A stretch of 64,000 nt of DNA from a virus (Duplodnaviria > Caudoviricetes). Below are positions 53,270 to 62,098 of the stretch, in pieces. Where the stretch lies: positions 53,523 to 117,522 of IMG/VR virus record IMGVR_UViG_2918987250_000001; one strand, 5' to 3'. Below the pieces are notes generated by a model. The model was not told where the DNA came from. It ran no database searches and was given only the letters and a program-made list of their open reading frames with translations. Position 1 is the first letter of the stretch. Each line of letters starts with the position of its first letter. The position numbers and the translations under genes were made by a program.

Positions 53270-53670
53270 CAGTGGCCTCCCTTCAGCACTTCGTCGCGGA
53301 AGCTGTCCTGGGTGAGCGCATCCTCGGCGCGCAGCGCGTGGATCATGCCGTCGGCGATCCAGACCTTCGTCGGGCACAGCTCGGGATCGAGCTGCTCGCC
53401 GGCGACGGTGAAGCGGATCCAGGCGTTGTCGCGCGGCTCCCAGCCGGCCTCAGCCGCGGCGATCTCGTCGTGGTGATCGTCGATCTCCTCGACCGCCTCG
53501 TTGAGCAGGCGGACGGACGGCGCGAGCTGGCCGAACTTGTTCCAGTTCGAGAGCACCAGGCGCGCGGCCTCGTAGAGCTTGGTGTTGAGCAGCTCGAGCT
53601 CCTCGGCGCGCTTCTCGGCGCTCATGAGGAGGGTCGCCATCTTGTCGGTCGTGGTCTTTTCGGGTGTCAT
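53269..53670 (-). CDS. Hypothetical protein
   Basis: GGAG RBS directly after a palindrome copy. Confidence 0.6.
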   Translation of the reverse strand: MTPEKTTTDKMATLLMSAEKRAEELELLNTKLYEAARLVLSNWNKFGQLAPSVRLLNEAVEEIDDHHDEIAAAEAGWEPRDNAWIRFTVAGEQLDPELCPTKVWIADGMIHALRAEDALTQDSFRDEVLKGGH

Positions 53671-53682
53671 GCTCGTCTCCGG

Positions 53683-53700
53683 TGAGTCAGCACTGACTGA
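53683..53700. promoter_or_regulatory. 18-bp palindromic operator
   Basis: TGAGTCAGCACTGACTGA. Confidence 0.7.
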
Positions 53701-53716
53701 CAATTATGTTTATAAC

Positions 53717-53965
53717 TCAAGCACTTACGGGTAGCTCTTGGGGTCTCGTGGCAGCTTCGCGGAAGCGTTCGTAGTGGGGCTCGAGGTGCCCGCACACGCT
53801 CTTGTCGAGACTGGCGTCGGCGAGCGGCGCCCAACCGGGGCCGTAGCAGGCGATGCAGAGGAAGCGGTCGTAGTCCCCGCTCTCCCAGTCACCATCCGAG
53901 GGTTTGGCGTCGATCAGCTCGACGTGTTCGGCACACCCGCAGCCGGCGCAGGTGAGGAGCGCCAT
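53717..53965 (-). CDS. Small Cys-rich protein
   Basis: CxxC...CxxC. Confidence 0.5.
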   Translation of the reverse strand: MALLTCAGCGCAEHVELIDAKPSDGDWESGDYDRFLCIACYGPGWAPLADASLDKSVCGHLEPHYERFREAATRPQELPVSA

Positions 53966-53966
53966 C

Positions 53967-54680
53967 TCAGGCGCTCACCGTCATCGCGTGCTGAGCGTGG
54001 TCGGCTTCCTCGGCGTCCTCGTGCTCACCCTTGCACGCCAGGTCCGCGAGATACTGGGTCGCCAACTCCTGAAAGTGCTTCGGCAGCGGGGCGAAGAGCA
54101 GCCCGCGAAGCTGGTTGAGGACCTCCCAGACCTCGCCGGAGTCGGTGCGCTCGTCGCGGATGCACTTCACGGCGAAGTCGTCGATGATCTTGATGGCGTC
54201 GTCGCAGGCGTCGCGCGCCTTGAGCAGGTCGGGGACGACGACGCCGTCATGCCCGTGCTCTTCGCCGAAGGCGCACTCGTCGCCCTCGTGATTGATGACA
54301 TCGGTGACGTAGGGAAGCGCGTCGTCGCGGGAGCACATGCCCTGCTGCATGCCGATGGCGCCGTTGACGATCCGCTCCCGCATGATGCCGGCGGCGTCGT
54401 CGGGTGTGGCTGCCTCGATCAGCGCCTCGTAGCGGGAATAGACCGTGTCCTCGATCGCGACGACGCGGTGCGTGGTGACGACCTCGAACTTGTCCACGCC
54501 GAAGACGAGCATGAGGGAGCGACCGTTGTCCCATTTCACGCTGATCTGGTGCCGGCCGTGGAACGGGTCCTTGTTGATCCCGGTGACGGTGCCGAGGGTG
54601 CCGGCCTCGACCGGGCACGGGTCGTTCGGCATCTCGATCAGGCGGATACGCTGGCCCGGCTCGGGGAGATGGTGTGTCAT
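53967..54680 (-). CDS. DUF4314-domain protein
   Basis: PGQRIRLIEMPNDP...GTLGTV...VKWDNGRSL. Confidence 0.7.
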   Translation of the reverse strand: MTHHLPEPGQRIRLIEMPNDPCPVEAGTLGTVTGINKDPFHGRHQISVKWDNGRSLMLVFGVDKFEVVTTHRVVAIEDTVYSRYEALIEAATPDDAAGIMRERIVNGAIGMQQGMCSRDDALPYVTDVINHEGDECAFGEEHGHDGVVVPDLLKARDACDDAIKIIDDFAVKCIRDERTDSGEVWEVLNQLRGLLFAPLPKHFQELATQYLADLACKGEHEDAEEADHAQHAMTVSA

Positions 54681-54779
54681 CGCTGACTGACTTTCTGTGT
54701 GCGCGTTGTCGATAGACAGACAGTAGCGCAGAGCGACGCGCTTGTGCGTGGCGTCGCTTGGCAAGTCAGTGATGACTTA
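54673..54779 (-). promoter_or_regulatory. Early promoter bracketed by two operators
   Basis: Operator 54762-79; GCACAA-16-TACTGT-6-ATCGACAAC (54705-47); degenerate operator 54673-90 over the ATG. Confidence 0.7.
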
Positions 54780-54793
54780 TCATAGCCATTAAG

Positions 54794-54979
54794 TCAAGCG
54801 GCTTCGGGGAACAGGATCACCCGCCCATGGGGACCGGCCAGCCGGCGCGCGAGGCGCTCGGCTGCACGCTGGGTCTCTTTGCGGGCGACGACGGACGGAC
54901 TGGTAAAGGTCCGTCCGTCGGTGTGCTCCACCGTCACCGTCCAGCCCTTCGAGGTGTTCAGGACGGCGTAGGTGGTCAT
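54794..54979 (-). CDS. Hypothetical protein
   Basis: ATGA coupling. Confidence 0.5.
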   Translation of the reverse strand: MTTYAVLNTSKGWTVTVEHTDGRTFTSPSVVARKETQRAAERLARRLAGPHGRVILFPEAA

Positions 54980-55206
54980 GCTTCGCGCCTCGCGATCACG
55001 GCGGCCACGTTGTCGGGCTGAGCGGCGGTGAAAGCGGCCTTGACCGCCTTCATCATGTGGTGCTGCTCGGCCGGCGAGTATTCCTCCCATGCCCGGATGG
55101 GGCACGGGACATGCGGGCACCGCTTGATCCAGACCTTGCGCCACTCGGCGAGCCAGGCCTGAGTGGCGATCTCGAGCGCCTGGAGCGAGAGGTTGAGCTT
55201 GCTCAC
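54976..55206 (-). CDS. Hypothetical protein
   Basis: GTGA coupling. Confidence 0.55.
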   Translation of the reverse strand: MSKLNLSLQALEIATQAWLAEWRKVWIKRCPHVPCPIRAWEEYSPAEQHHMMKAVKAAFTAAQPDNVAAVIARREA

Positions 55207-55772
55207 GCAGCCCGCTCGAGATCCGAGGCGCGCCCGATGGTGCCGGGGCCGTAGTTGACGGCCGCCTTCAGCTTCGCTTCCGTGCGGATGAGGCTGTCGA
55301 GGTGGGCGTCGTCGGTCTTCGGGGACGCGAGGGTGAGCGGGACCGCCTGGTTGTTGAGCTTGTAGGTGAGCGCCGAGATCACGTCGTCGGCGCCGGCCAG
55401 CTCCTTCGAGTAGGCGTCGGCCACGCGGCTGTGCTCGGCGGCATCGACCTTGAGGGCGGCGATCTCCGTGGACAGGTCGTCGCGCTCCTCGCGCAGCTCC
55501 GCGACCATCTCCTCGAGGCTCTCGTTCTCGACCAGGAGCTCGCCGAAGCGTTCCAGCACCGAGCGGCTGGTGCGCATGGCGACGGACCGGATGCGGTCGT
55601 AGTTGGTGAGGATCTCGTGGGCGCGGTTGTCGATAGTCTCCTCGGCGCGCGCCTCGTATTCCTCGACCCGCTGCTTGGCCTGGATCATGAGGATCTTGGA
55701 CACGCCGGCCGCGGCGCCGACCATGCCGGTGCAGACGAGGCCGGTGACGAGGATGGTGCTGAAGGGTTCCAT
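55203..55772 (-). CDS. Membrane-anchored coiled-coil protein
   Basis: N-terminal TM followed by heptads. Confidence 0.7.
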   Translation of the reverse strand: MEPFSTILVTGLVCTGMVGAAAGVSKILMIQAKQRVEEYEARAEETIDNRAHEILTNYDRIRSVAMRTSRSVLERFGELLVENESLEEMVAELREERDDLSTEIAALKVDAAEHSRVADAYSKELAGADDVISALTYKLNNQAVPLTLASPKTDDAHLDSLIRTEAKLKAAVNYGPGTIGRASDLERAA

Positions 55773-55790
55773 GTGTCTCTCTGGTGCGAG

Positions 55791-55834
55791 TAAGTCAGTG
55801 CTGACTTCATATAGCGAAGACGCTTCGGGGTTTC
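55791..55834 (-). promoter_or_regulatory. Promoter with operator directly downstream of -10
   Basis: GAAACCCCGA-9-GC-TATATG-AAGTCAGCACTGACTTA. Confidence 0.7.
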
Positions 55835-56746
55835 TCAGAACAGCTTCGGGAGCACGCAGAAGAAGGCGAGCGCGCCGGCGATGCAGAGGCCGACGACCAC
55901 GTTCAGAGTCCCCTCCCCTCCCCTCTTGTGCGTGCTGCGCATGGCTGCGGGCACTTCGATCGGCTGCGGCTTGAAGCTCTGTCCCAGCGTCATGTGCTGG
56001 GTCTTCGTGGCCGCGATGGTGAGGAGCTCGGGCGTGGGTGAGAGCGCGACGCCGAAGCCCCAGAACTGGCCCGGCCGGAGCGTGCGGAGACCGGCCGCCT
56101 CGTCGCTGCCGTTCGAGAAGCCGAGGTTGTTGGCCGCGGCGCGCATGTCCGTCACCTGCCCCACCCGGCCGACGAGCCAGGTGTTCGCCTCGCCGCTGGC
56201 GTTCTTGTTCAGCTTGGCGAGACGCTGTGTGGCGAGGATGCCCGTGAAGCCGCGCTTGCGACCCTGGCTCATGAGCGTGGAGATCGGGCGCAGGGAGAGG
56301 GCGCCGCCGGCCTGGGGCGCGTAGCGGTGCGCCTCGTCGATGACGAGGAAGACGGGGCGCCAGAGCGCGCGCGGCAGCATCATCAGCCCGTCGATGAAGG
56401 CGGCGATGAACGCCTGCTGCGCCTCGAGGTGCTGGTGCTCGGCGAACTGGATGATGGTCGAGCTGCCCGACTCGACGATGGAGCGAGCGAGCGCGGCAGG
56501 GTGGCCGTGCGGCACGTCGGCATTGGGGCCGCCCGCGATGACGTAGGGCTGCGCCTGGCGCAGCGTGTGGAACTCCATCTCCGGGTCGATGACGATGTGG
56601 ATCGCCTCGCCCCAGCTCTCCTCCAGGAGCTTGCGGATCGTGTGGGTCTTGCCCGACCCCGTGTTGCCGATGATGCAGGCGTGGGTGCCGATCAGCGCTT
56701 TCGCGTTGAGCGACACCCCCTGCCCTGCCTCGTTGTGACCGATCAT
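55835..56746 (-). CDS. HerA/DUF87-like ATPase with C-terminal TM
   Basis: HACIIGNTGSGKT, IDPEMEF, VIDEAH, GRKRG...ATQR. Confidence 0.85.
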   Translation of the reverse strand: MIGHNEAGQGVSLNAKALIGTHACIIGNTGSGKTHTIRKLLEESWGEAIHIVIDPEMEFHTLRQAQPYVIAGGPNADVPHGHPAALARSIVESGSSTIIQFAEHQHLEAQQAFIAAFIDGLMMLPRALWRPVFLVIDEAHRYAPQAGGALSLRPISTLMSQGRKRGFTGILATQRLAKLNKNASGEANTWLVGRVGQVTDMRAAANNLGFSNGSDEAAGLRTLRPGQFWGFGVALSPTPELLTIAATKTQHMTLGQSFKPQPIEVPAAMRSTHKRGGEGTLNVVVGLCIAGALAFFCVLPKLF

Positions 56747-56799
56747 GTGCGCTCTCTCGTCTCTGATGACGAGAGAATGCGTGTTCCTAGAGCGCTAAG

Positions 56800-56994
56800 C
56801 TACTGGCACGTCTCGGCTTCTTCGACTGCCGTGTGCAGCTCGGACTTGGAGCGAGCGCGGGCGCGCTGGTGCTGGACCTTGGTGTCCCGTGCCTGCGCCC
56901 GCTTGCTGCGCCGGTTGTTGTAGGTCTCGGACGGGAAGGTGTCGTGGCCGGGGCAGCAACCGCTGTCCCCGCGCACGCGGCCGTAGGGCTTCAC
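56800..56994 (-). CDS. Small basic protein
   Basis: GTGA coupling; VKPYG...CCPGHD. Confidence 0.55.
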   Translation of the reverse strand: MKPYGRVRGDSGCCPGHDTFPSETYNNRRSKRAQARDTKVQHQRARARSKSELHTAVEEAETCQ

Positions 56995-57506
56995 GCCGCT
57001 CCCTCCTTCGGCTTCCGCACCGGCGGCTTGGGCTTCGGCATCCAATGCGTCACCTGCGGCTCGAGCCGCCCGTGAACCCGGAAGCACCGCTTCTCCGCAT
57101 CGTAGAAGCCCGAGCGGTCTCCCCAGGCGCCACCCTGCCGGCACTCGCTATCGAGGATGTCGCAGTGCCCGTTGATGAAGACATACACGTCCTCGCTGTC
57201 GCAGCCCTGCTCGCCCGGCAGCCGATCCTCGACCGAGATCCACGGGTCCGGCCGGGCGTCGAGCATGGCGCGGTAGATCACGACCGCAACCGTGCCCTTC
57301 GACGGCACATGGTTGACCTTGGGGATCTCGGTCGCGAGCCAATCGGGGATCGGGATGCCGCTCCGCTCCAGGTGCTCATGGAGACCCTTGCCCGTCCGGT
57401 CGCTCATGCGCATCCACATGACGATCTGACGGGCAAGGCCGCCCCACATCGCCTCAGTCGGCTCCTCGGGCACCGTGACCCAGCAGTCCCCCTTTCCCGC
57501 GCTCAC
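56991..57506 (-). CDS. DUF551-domain protein
   Basis: WISVEDRLP...VTHWMPKPKPP. Confidence 0.75.
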   Translation of the reverse strand: MSAGKGDCWVTVPEEPTEAMWGGLARQIVMWMRMSDRTGKGLHEHLERSGIPIPDWLATEIPKVNHVPSKGTVAVVIYRAMLDARPDPWISVEDRLPGEQGCDSEDVYVFINGHCDILDSECRQGGAWGDRSGFYDAEKRCFRVHGRLEPQVTHWMPKPKPPVRKPKEGAA

Positions 57507-57509
57507 GGC

Positions 57510-58775
57510 TCAGCCCTTCACGTTGATGAGGGTGCGGAGACGCTCGTGGACCGTGATGAGCGATCCCTCCTGCGCCGCGATGACCGAGTTCACGTCCTTG
57601 TAGGCCGCGGGGCTCTCGTCGAGGACCTCGGCGTCACGGCGGCACTCGATCCCCTCGACGGCCGCGGCGTGCGACTCGAGCGTGATGGTCTTGAACGCCT
57701 GGGTCCGGCTCATGGCCCGGCCGGCGCCGTGCGAGCAGCTCATGAAGCTGTCGCGGTTCCCCAGGCCCTTCACGATGAACGACCCGGTCCCCATCGAGCC
57801 GGGGATGATGCCGAACTCGTCGCGGCGCGCGCTCGTGGCGCCCTTGCGGGTGATCCAGAGATGCTTGCCGTCGTGCCGCTCCCGCTGCGTGAAGTTGTGG
57901 TGGCAGTCGATACGGAAGAGCACGTCGCCCTTCTCCATCTCTCCTTCGGGGCGCGGGTCGAAGCCGAGCGCCCGGATCGTGGCGTTCATCATCAGGTTGC
58001 GGTTGGCGCGGGCGAAATCCTGCGCCCAGTGCATCCCGTCGATGTAGCGCCGGAACTCGACCGTCCCCTCGACCAGGTAGGCGAGGTCGGGATCGGGGAG
58101 CTTGATGAACCACTTCTTCATCAGCTCCTTCGCCACCTTCATCCAGTGGCCGGCGATCTTGGCGCCGGGGCCGCGCGAGCCCGAGTGCAGCATCAGCCAC
58201 ACATACCCGTCCGAGCCCTCCTGGACCTCGATGAAGTGGTTGCCGGAGCCGAGCGTGCCGAGGTGCCGCACCGTGTTGTTGATGCGGAGCTCGTTCGTCT
58301 CGACGCAGAGCTGACCCCAGCGCACGCCGAGGCTGTCGAGGGAGCCGTTCGGATGCCAGACCTGGGCGACGGCGTCCGGGATGTCGTGCCAGGCGCCGCG
58401 GTCGTTCGGGCCACCGTTGTCGGTGCGGCCATGCGGCACCGCCTTCTCGATGCTCTGGCGCATGTAGGCACGCAGCTTCGGATCGGAGATCTCCGAGGCC
58501 AGGAGATTGAGCTTCACGGCCTGCATCCCGCAGCCGATGTCCACGCCGATCGCCGCCGGCACGATGGCGCCGTCGGTGGCGATCACCGAGCCGATCGTGG
58601 CGCCCTTGCCGTAATGCACGTCGGGCATCGCGGCGACGTGGCCGTGAATGAACGGGAGCTGGCCCACGTTCTTGAGCTGCTGGAGCGCGCTCTCCTCGAC
58701 GTGAACGCCCCGCGTCCAGGTCTTGAGCGGCCGGCCGCCCGGATTGTCGTGGTAGACGAATGATGCCTCGGACAA
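57510..58775 (-). CDS. rtcB: RtcB RNA ligase
   Basis: MPDVHYGKG, GVDIGCGM, GTLGSGNHFIE, HSGSRG, HHN, PGSMG, SHGAGR, ESPAAYKD; TTG start after AGGAGG. Confidence 0.96.
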   Translation of the reverse strand: MSEASFVYHDNPGGRPLKTWTRGVHVEESALQQLKNVGQLPFIHGHVAAMPDVHYGKGATIGSVIATDGAIVPAAIGVDIGCGMQAVKLNLLASEISDPKLRAYMRQSIEKAVPHGRTDNGGPNDRGAWHDIPDAVAQVWHPNGSLDSLGVRWGQLCVETNELRINNTVRHLGTLGSGNHFIEVQEGSDGYVWLMLHSGSRGPGAKIAGHWMKVAKELMKKWFIKLPDPDLAYLVEGTVEFRRYIDGMHWAQDFARANRNLMMNATIRALGFDPRPEGEMEKGDVLFRIDCHHNFTQRERHDGKHLWITRKGATSARRDEFGIIPGSMGTGSFIVKGLGNRDSFMSCSHGAGRAMSRTQAFKTITLESHAAAVEGIECRRDAEVLDESPAAYKDVNSVIAAQEGSLITVHERLRTLINVKG

Positions 58776-58776
58776 G

Positions 58777-58977
58777 TCAGTCCTCCTGTGTGACGAAGTT
58801 GATGGGAAAGGGGCAGTCCACGCCCTCCTTGAGGGCCTTCTGGACCGCGTCATCGAGGTTCTTGGCCGGCCCCTGCCACCGCGCGCCCTTGCGCGGCAGC
58901 TTGAACCGCACGTCCTTCTTCGCGCCCGTCAGATCGACGAGCCGGACGTGCATCGCGAGGCGCTCAGCCTTCGCCAT
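58777..58977 (-). CDS. Hypothetical protein
   Basis: ORF directly upstream of rtcB; start uncertain. Confidence 0.5.
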   Translation of the reverse strand: MAKAERLAMHVRLVDLTGAKKDVRFKLPRKGARWQGPAKNLDDAVQKALKEGVDCPFPINFVTQED

Positions 58978-59034
58978 CGAAGGGACGGCTCTCGCCGCTC
59001 TCGATGACGGTGCCGTCCTGGGTGACGATACGGC

Positions 59035-59469
59035 TCATGCGGCCAGCTCGTCGGTGACGATGCCCGAGGCGATCTTGGCCTTGAGCTTCTCGGCCAGCTC
59101 CTCGGGGTTCTTGGTCGCCAGCCGGTCGAGTTCGCGCCGCTCCAGATGATCGGCCGAGCGACCCTTCACCTCGCAGTAGGACAGCAGGCAGACCGAAACG
59201 CCGCCGGCCTCCTGGTCCGGGTCGCCCTTCGGGGCGGCGTAGGCGAGCTGCACGATGCGCAGCGCGTCCTCGAGCGGGAAGTCCTCGGCCTGCGCGAGCT
59301 CCGCGACCTCCTCGATCAGCCGCTCCACGCGATTGCGGAGTGTGAGGAACCGGGCGCCGAAGAGCCGGGCCACCTGGTAGTTGATCTCGCGCTGGCGACG
59401 ATTCCGTGAGTAGCGAACCGTGTCGCGCGTCACCGGCGTTTCAGGGGTGGGGACGCCAAAGTCCATCAC
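59035..59469 (-). CDS. MazG-like (NTP pyrophosphohydrolase fold) protein
   Basis: RLIEEVAEL...QEAGGV EExxE pattern. Confidence 0.55.
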   Translation of the reverse strand: MMDFGVPTPETPVTRDTVRYSRNRRQREINYQVARLFGARFLTLRNRVERLIEEVAELAQAEDFPLEDALRIVQLAYAAPKGDPDQEAGGVSVCLLSYCEVKGRSADHLERRELDRLATKNPEELAEKLKAKIASGIVTDELAA

Positions 59470-59481
59470 TCGTTCCTCGGG

Positions 59482-59499
59482 TAAGTCAGTGCTGACTGT
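59482..59499. promoter_or_regulatory. 18-bp palindromic operator
   Basis: TAAGTCAGTGCTGACTGT. Confidence 0.75.
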
Positions 59500-59541
59500 T
59501 GCGGGTAGGCAACACGAAGCCCACGCGGGGCCTCGCTTGCC

Positions 59542-59820
59542 TCAGTTCAGGGTGCCGAGGTCGATGCCGTCGCCGACGATGTTCGGATCGACCGACATCT
59601 GCTCGAGGATCGCCATCACCTCCGGGAACTTCAGCGCCACCGCGAGCGCCAGCAGCGTCTTGCCCTGGCGTTCCTGCTCCGGGGTGAGGTTGGCGCCGTC
59701 GATCTCGCCGGTCGAGAAAATCTTGAACGAGCCGTCGGGCTTGAGGATCACGCCGGCATCGCCGTGCTCGACGGGGGCGGAAACGAAATCTTCCTGCTTG
59801 AGGAGGGACTGTCGGGACAC
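59542..59820 (-). CDS. Hypothetical protein
   Basis: Only the 3' part of the ORF looks coding; GTG start at 59820. Confidence 0.55.
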   Translation of the reverse strand: MSRQSLLKQEDFVSAPVEHGDAGVILKPDGSFKIFSTGEIDGANLTPEQERQGKTLLALAVALKFPEVMAILEQMSVDPNIVGDGIDLGTLN

Positions 59821-60363
59821 TGAGCGCCTTTCTGTGGATGACCTGTGGAAAGCGTCGCTGTTCGCGTTCGCTGTGACAGCTCTATAGCGCGTGCGCGCTT
59901 GTTTTTGTTCGGGTCCTGTAGGAAGAAAATCGGAGAGAACAAACGGAGAACGGAGGCGTTGACCCTGCGACCGAGACGACATGGTTGCAAAACTCTTAAT
60001 GCCAATGCGCCAGGATCTCTTGACAAAGTGCCCATGGAGCACGGGGCAAGCTTGGCAAGACGCGACCCTACGGGTTTCCGTAGGTTGACGGCGCGGGAGG
60101 CCGTCACTCAGCAATGTGAACGGACGCCAACAGCCCGTTCATTTGTTATTTAAGTGACTGTAAATTATGGGGTTTTAGCCGTGATCGACGTGCTCAAATG
60201 GCTGCGACATTTTGGCATGATGCCGCCGATCCCGAAACCTCATAGCAAAGCCCCGCTGTCCGATAATCGGAAACTGAGCGGCGCTGAGAAGAGCCGCGGC
60301 GCCCTCGCCTACGGGGTCGCCACACCTGCGCAAAATTCGCTGGCCTGGGAGCCTGAAACCGAA

Positions 60364-60933
60364 ATGACCGAGGTCCCCGCTCACCGTTTCGACTCGATGG
60401 CCGCGGAACTGCACGCGCGGATCGAGACTGTCTTAGGAGAATTTGCCCAAGCGCACGACACCACCCTCGATCTCGCGAGCATGGCGCAGGGGCACTGTGA
60501 CATCGGCGAGCTGGTCCAGGACGCCATGACCTTCGGCATGAACATCTGGCCGGCTTACGAGGGCGAGGAGGTCGCGCCTGCGGACAACGTCGTGCGCTTC
60601 GAACCGAAGCCTCAGCCCGGTCCGGTCGCGCGAATCCTTAAGGCCACGGCCGCGACCGTCGGCGCCGTCGTTGGCACCACGCTGGTCGCCTCGGCAACCA
60701 CGGATGCGATCAACTTCCCCTTCCTCGGGGACGCGATCGAGCTGGTCGCGCGCCACAACCCGCCCAAGCTCGCGGAGCGGATCGTGGAGCACAAAGGCCG
60801 GCTGATGCGGATCTCCTACTCCCACAGCCCCGGCAAGCCGGGGCACCACGTCGTCGTCAAGGACATCGAGTTGATCGGGATGACCGACAAGCTCGACATG
60901 GCCGAGGTCAACGACGGGGTGGAGATCCACTAG
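60364..60933 (+). CDS. Hypothetical protein (rightward)
   Basis: Likely start MTEVPAH; genome-like codon usage. Confidence 0.55.
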   Translation: MTEVPAHRFDSMAAELHARIETVLGEFAQAHDTTLDLASMAQGHCDIGELVQDAMTFGMNIWPAYEGEEVAPADNVVRFEPKPQPGPVARILKATAATVGAVVGTTLVASATTDAINFPFLGDAIELVARHNPPKLAERIVEHKGRLMRISYSHSPGKPGHHVVVKDIELIGMTDKLDMAEVNDGVEIH

Positions 60934-60936
60934 GCG

Positions 60937-61263
60937 CTACCAGCTCCCCCAACGCCAGCGATCCACCTCGTCGGCCGAGAAGACCTCGGCCGGCTCCTCC
61001 AGCGGCTCCTGGGCCGGCGCGGGTGCGACCGCCCGGTTCGCGATCTCCACGAGCCGATCGAGATAGCCTGGCAGCGCCTTGCGGGCGCGCCGGTATTGCG
61101 GTGGCGTCATGTTGTCGTTGTAGAGGGGCAGCTTGCGGTGGATGTCCGCGAGAAACTCCCCGTCCGGCCCGTCGAAGCCGAAGGGCTCGAGCGCCTTGAT
61201 CGCTCGCTTCACCGCCCGGTCGCTGGTTTGGAGGAGCGCGAGGATCGTCTCGTGCGTGTGCAT
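60937..61263 (-). CDS. Hypothetical protein
   Basis: TGATG coupling; MHTHETI start. Confidence 0.6.
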   Translation of the reverse strand: MHTHETILALLQTSDRAVKRAIKALEPFGFDGPDGEFLADIHRKLPLYNDNMTPPQYRRARKALPGYLDRLVEIANRAVAPAPAQEPLEEPAEVFSADEVDRWRWGSW

Positions 61264-61547
61264 CAGCGCTTCTCCCACTGCCGCTTCATCTCCTCGACCT
61301 TCCGCGTGACGACCGCGGTCTCGAAGTTCGGGTGCTTGCGCCAGAACTCCAGCTTGCGCTCGCAGATCGTCAGCTCCTTGCGAGCCTGCGCGATCTCGGC
61401 GCGGTCCTTGGACGCGCGTGTGATGAAGTCGAGGACGAGATAGTTCTCGTAGTGGGTCAGGTAGCCTTTGTTCGCATTCCATTGAGAGTATGGAACGCTG
61501 ATGCTACCGCCTGAGCGCTCAGCATTGTCGCTGTAGAAGATCGCCAT
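61263..61547 (-). CDS. Conserved phage protein
   Basis: AGAGG RBS; ARKELTICERKLEFWRKHPNF. Confidence 0.7.
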   Translation of the reverse strand: MAIFYSDNAERSGGSISVPYSQWNANKGYLTHYENYLVLDFITRASKDRAEIAQARKELTICERKLEFWRKHPNFETAVVTRKVEEMKRQWEKR

Positions 61548-61630
61548 GTGCGCCTCTCTTCATGTCATCTATTGACTAGAGAGACTTTACTTGAGCCGAC
61601 TGCGCGTGTCGGGTGGCATGTTCTGGGGCG

Positions 61631-61694
61631 ACATGGCGCCTTAGCGGCTGTGCGCTTTGGCGCCATGTCTCCTTGGAGCCTTGGCTCCTTACGC
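61631..61694. repeat. 8-bp-period array, candidate centromere
   Basis: acatggcg ccttagcg gctgtgcg ctttggcg ccatgtct ccttggag ccttggct ccttacgc. Confidence 0.7.
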
Positions 61695-62084
61695 GGCGAC
61701 GGCCGGCGCCGGGGTCGGGATCATGCCGGGCGAGACGTAGGGCACGCTCACGTAGACGGCGGTGTAGATGGTGCGCGGGTCGAGCGCCTTCTCGTTGCCC
61801 TTCACCTTGGCCGGGTAGCGCTCCTCGAGGGCGTCCACGGTCGTGCGCACGTCGGGCGCGCGGCCGATGGCCGAGACGTGGGGCGCGCCCATGCCGAGGA
61901 ACTGACCCATCGGACCGATGGTGACGCTGGAGACGCTGCCCTCGACCGTGCCGTCCTTGGTGGTGATCTTCACCGTGTCGCCGACGCGGTTGGCGGAGTA
62001 GGCGTCGATGCCGAGGAACAGCTCGAAGAAGCCCATGCCGTTCTGCACGGCCGACGAGTTGGCGTTCGGGAGATTGATGTCCAT
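61689..62084 (-). CDS. Hypothetical protein
   Basis: 131 aa, genome-like codon usage. Confidence 0.65.
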   Translation of the reverse strand: MDINLPNANSSAVQNGMGFFELFLGIDAYSANRVGDTVKITTKDGTVEGSVSSVTIGPMGQFLGMGAPHVSAIGRAPDVRTTVDALEERYPAKVKGNEKALDPRTIYTAVYVSVPYVSPGMIPTPAPAVAA

Positions 62085-62098
62085 GTTCTCTTTCGCTT

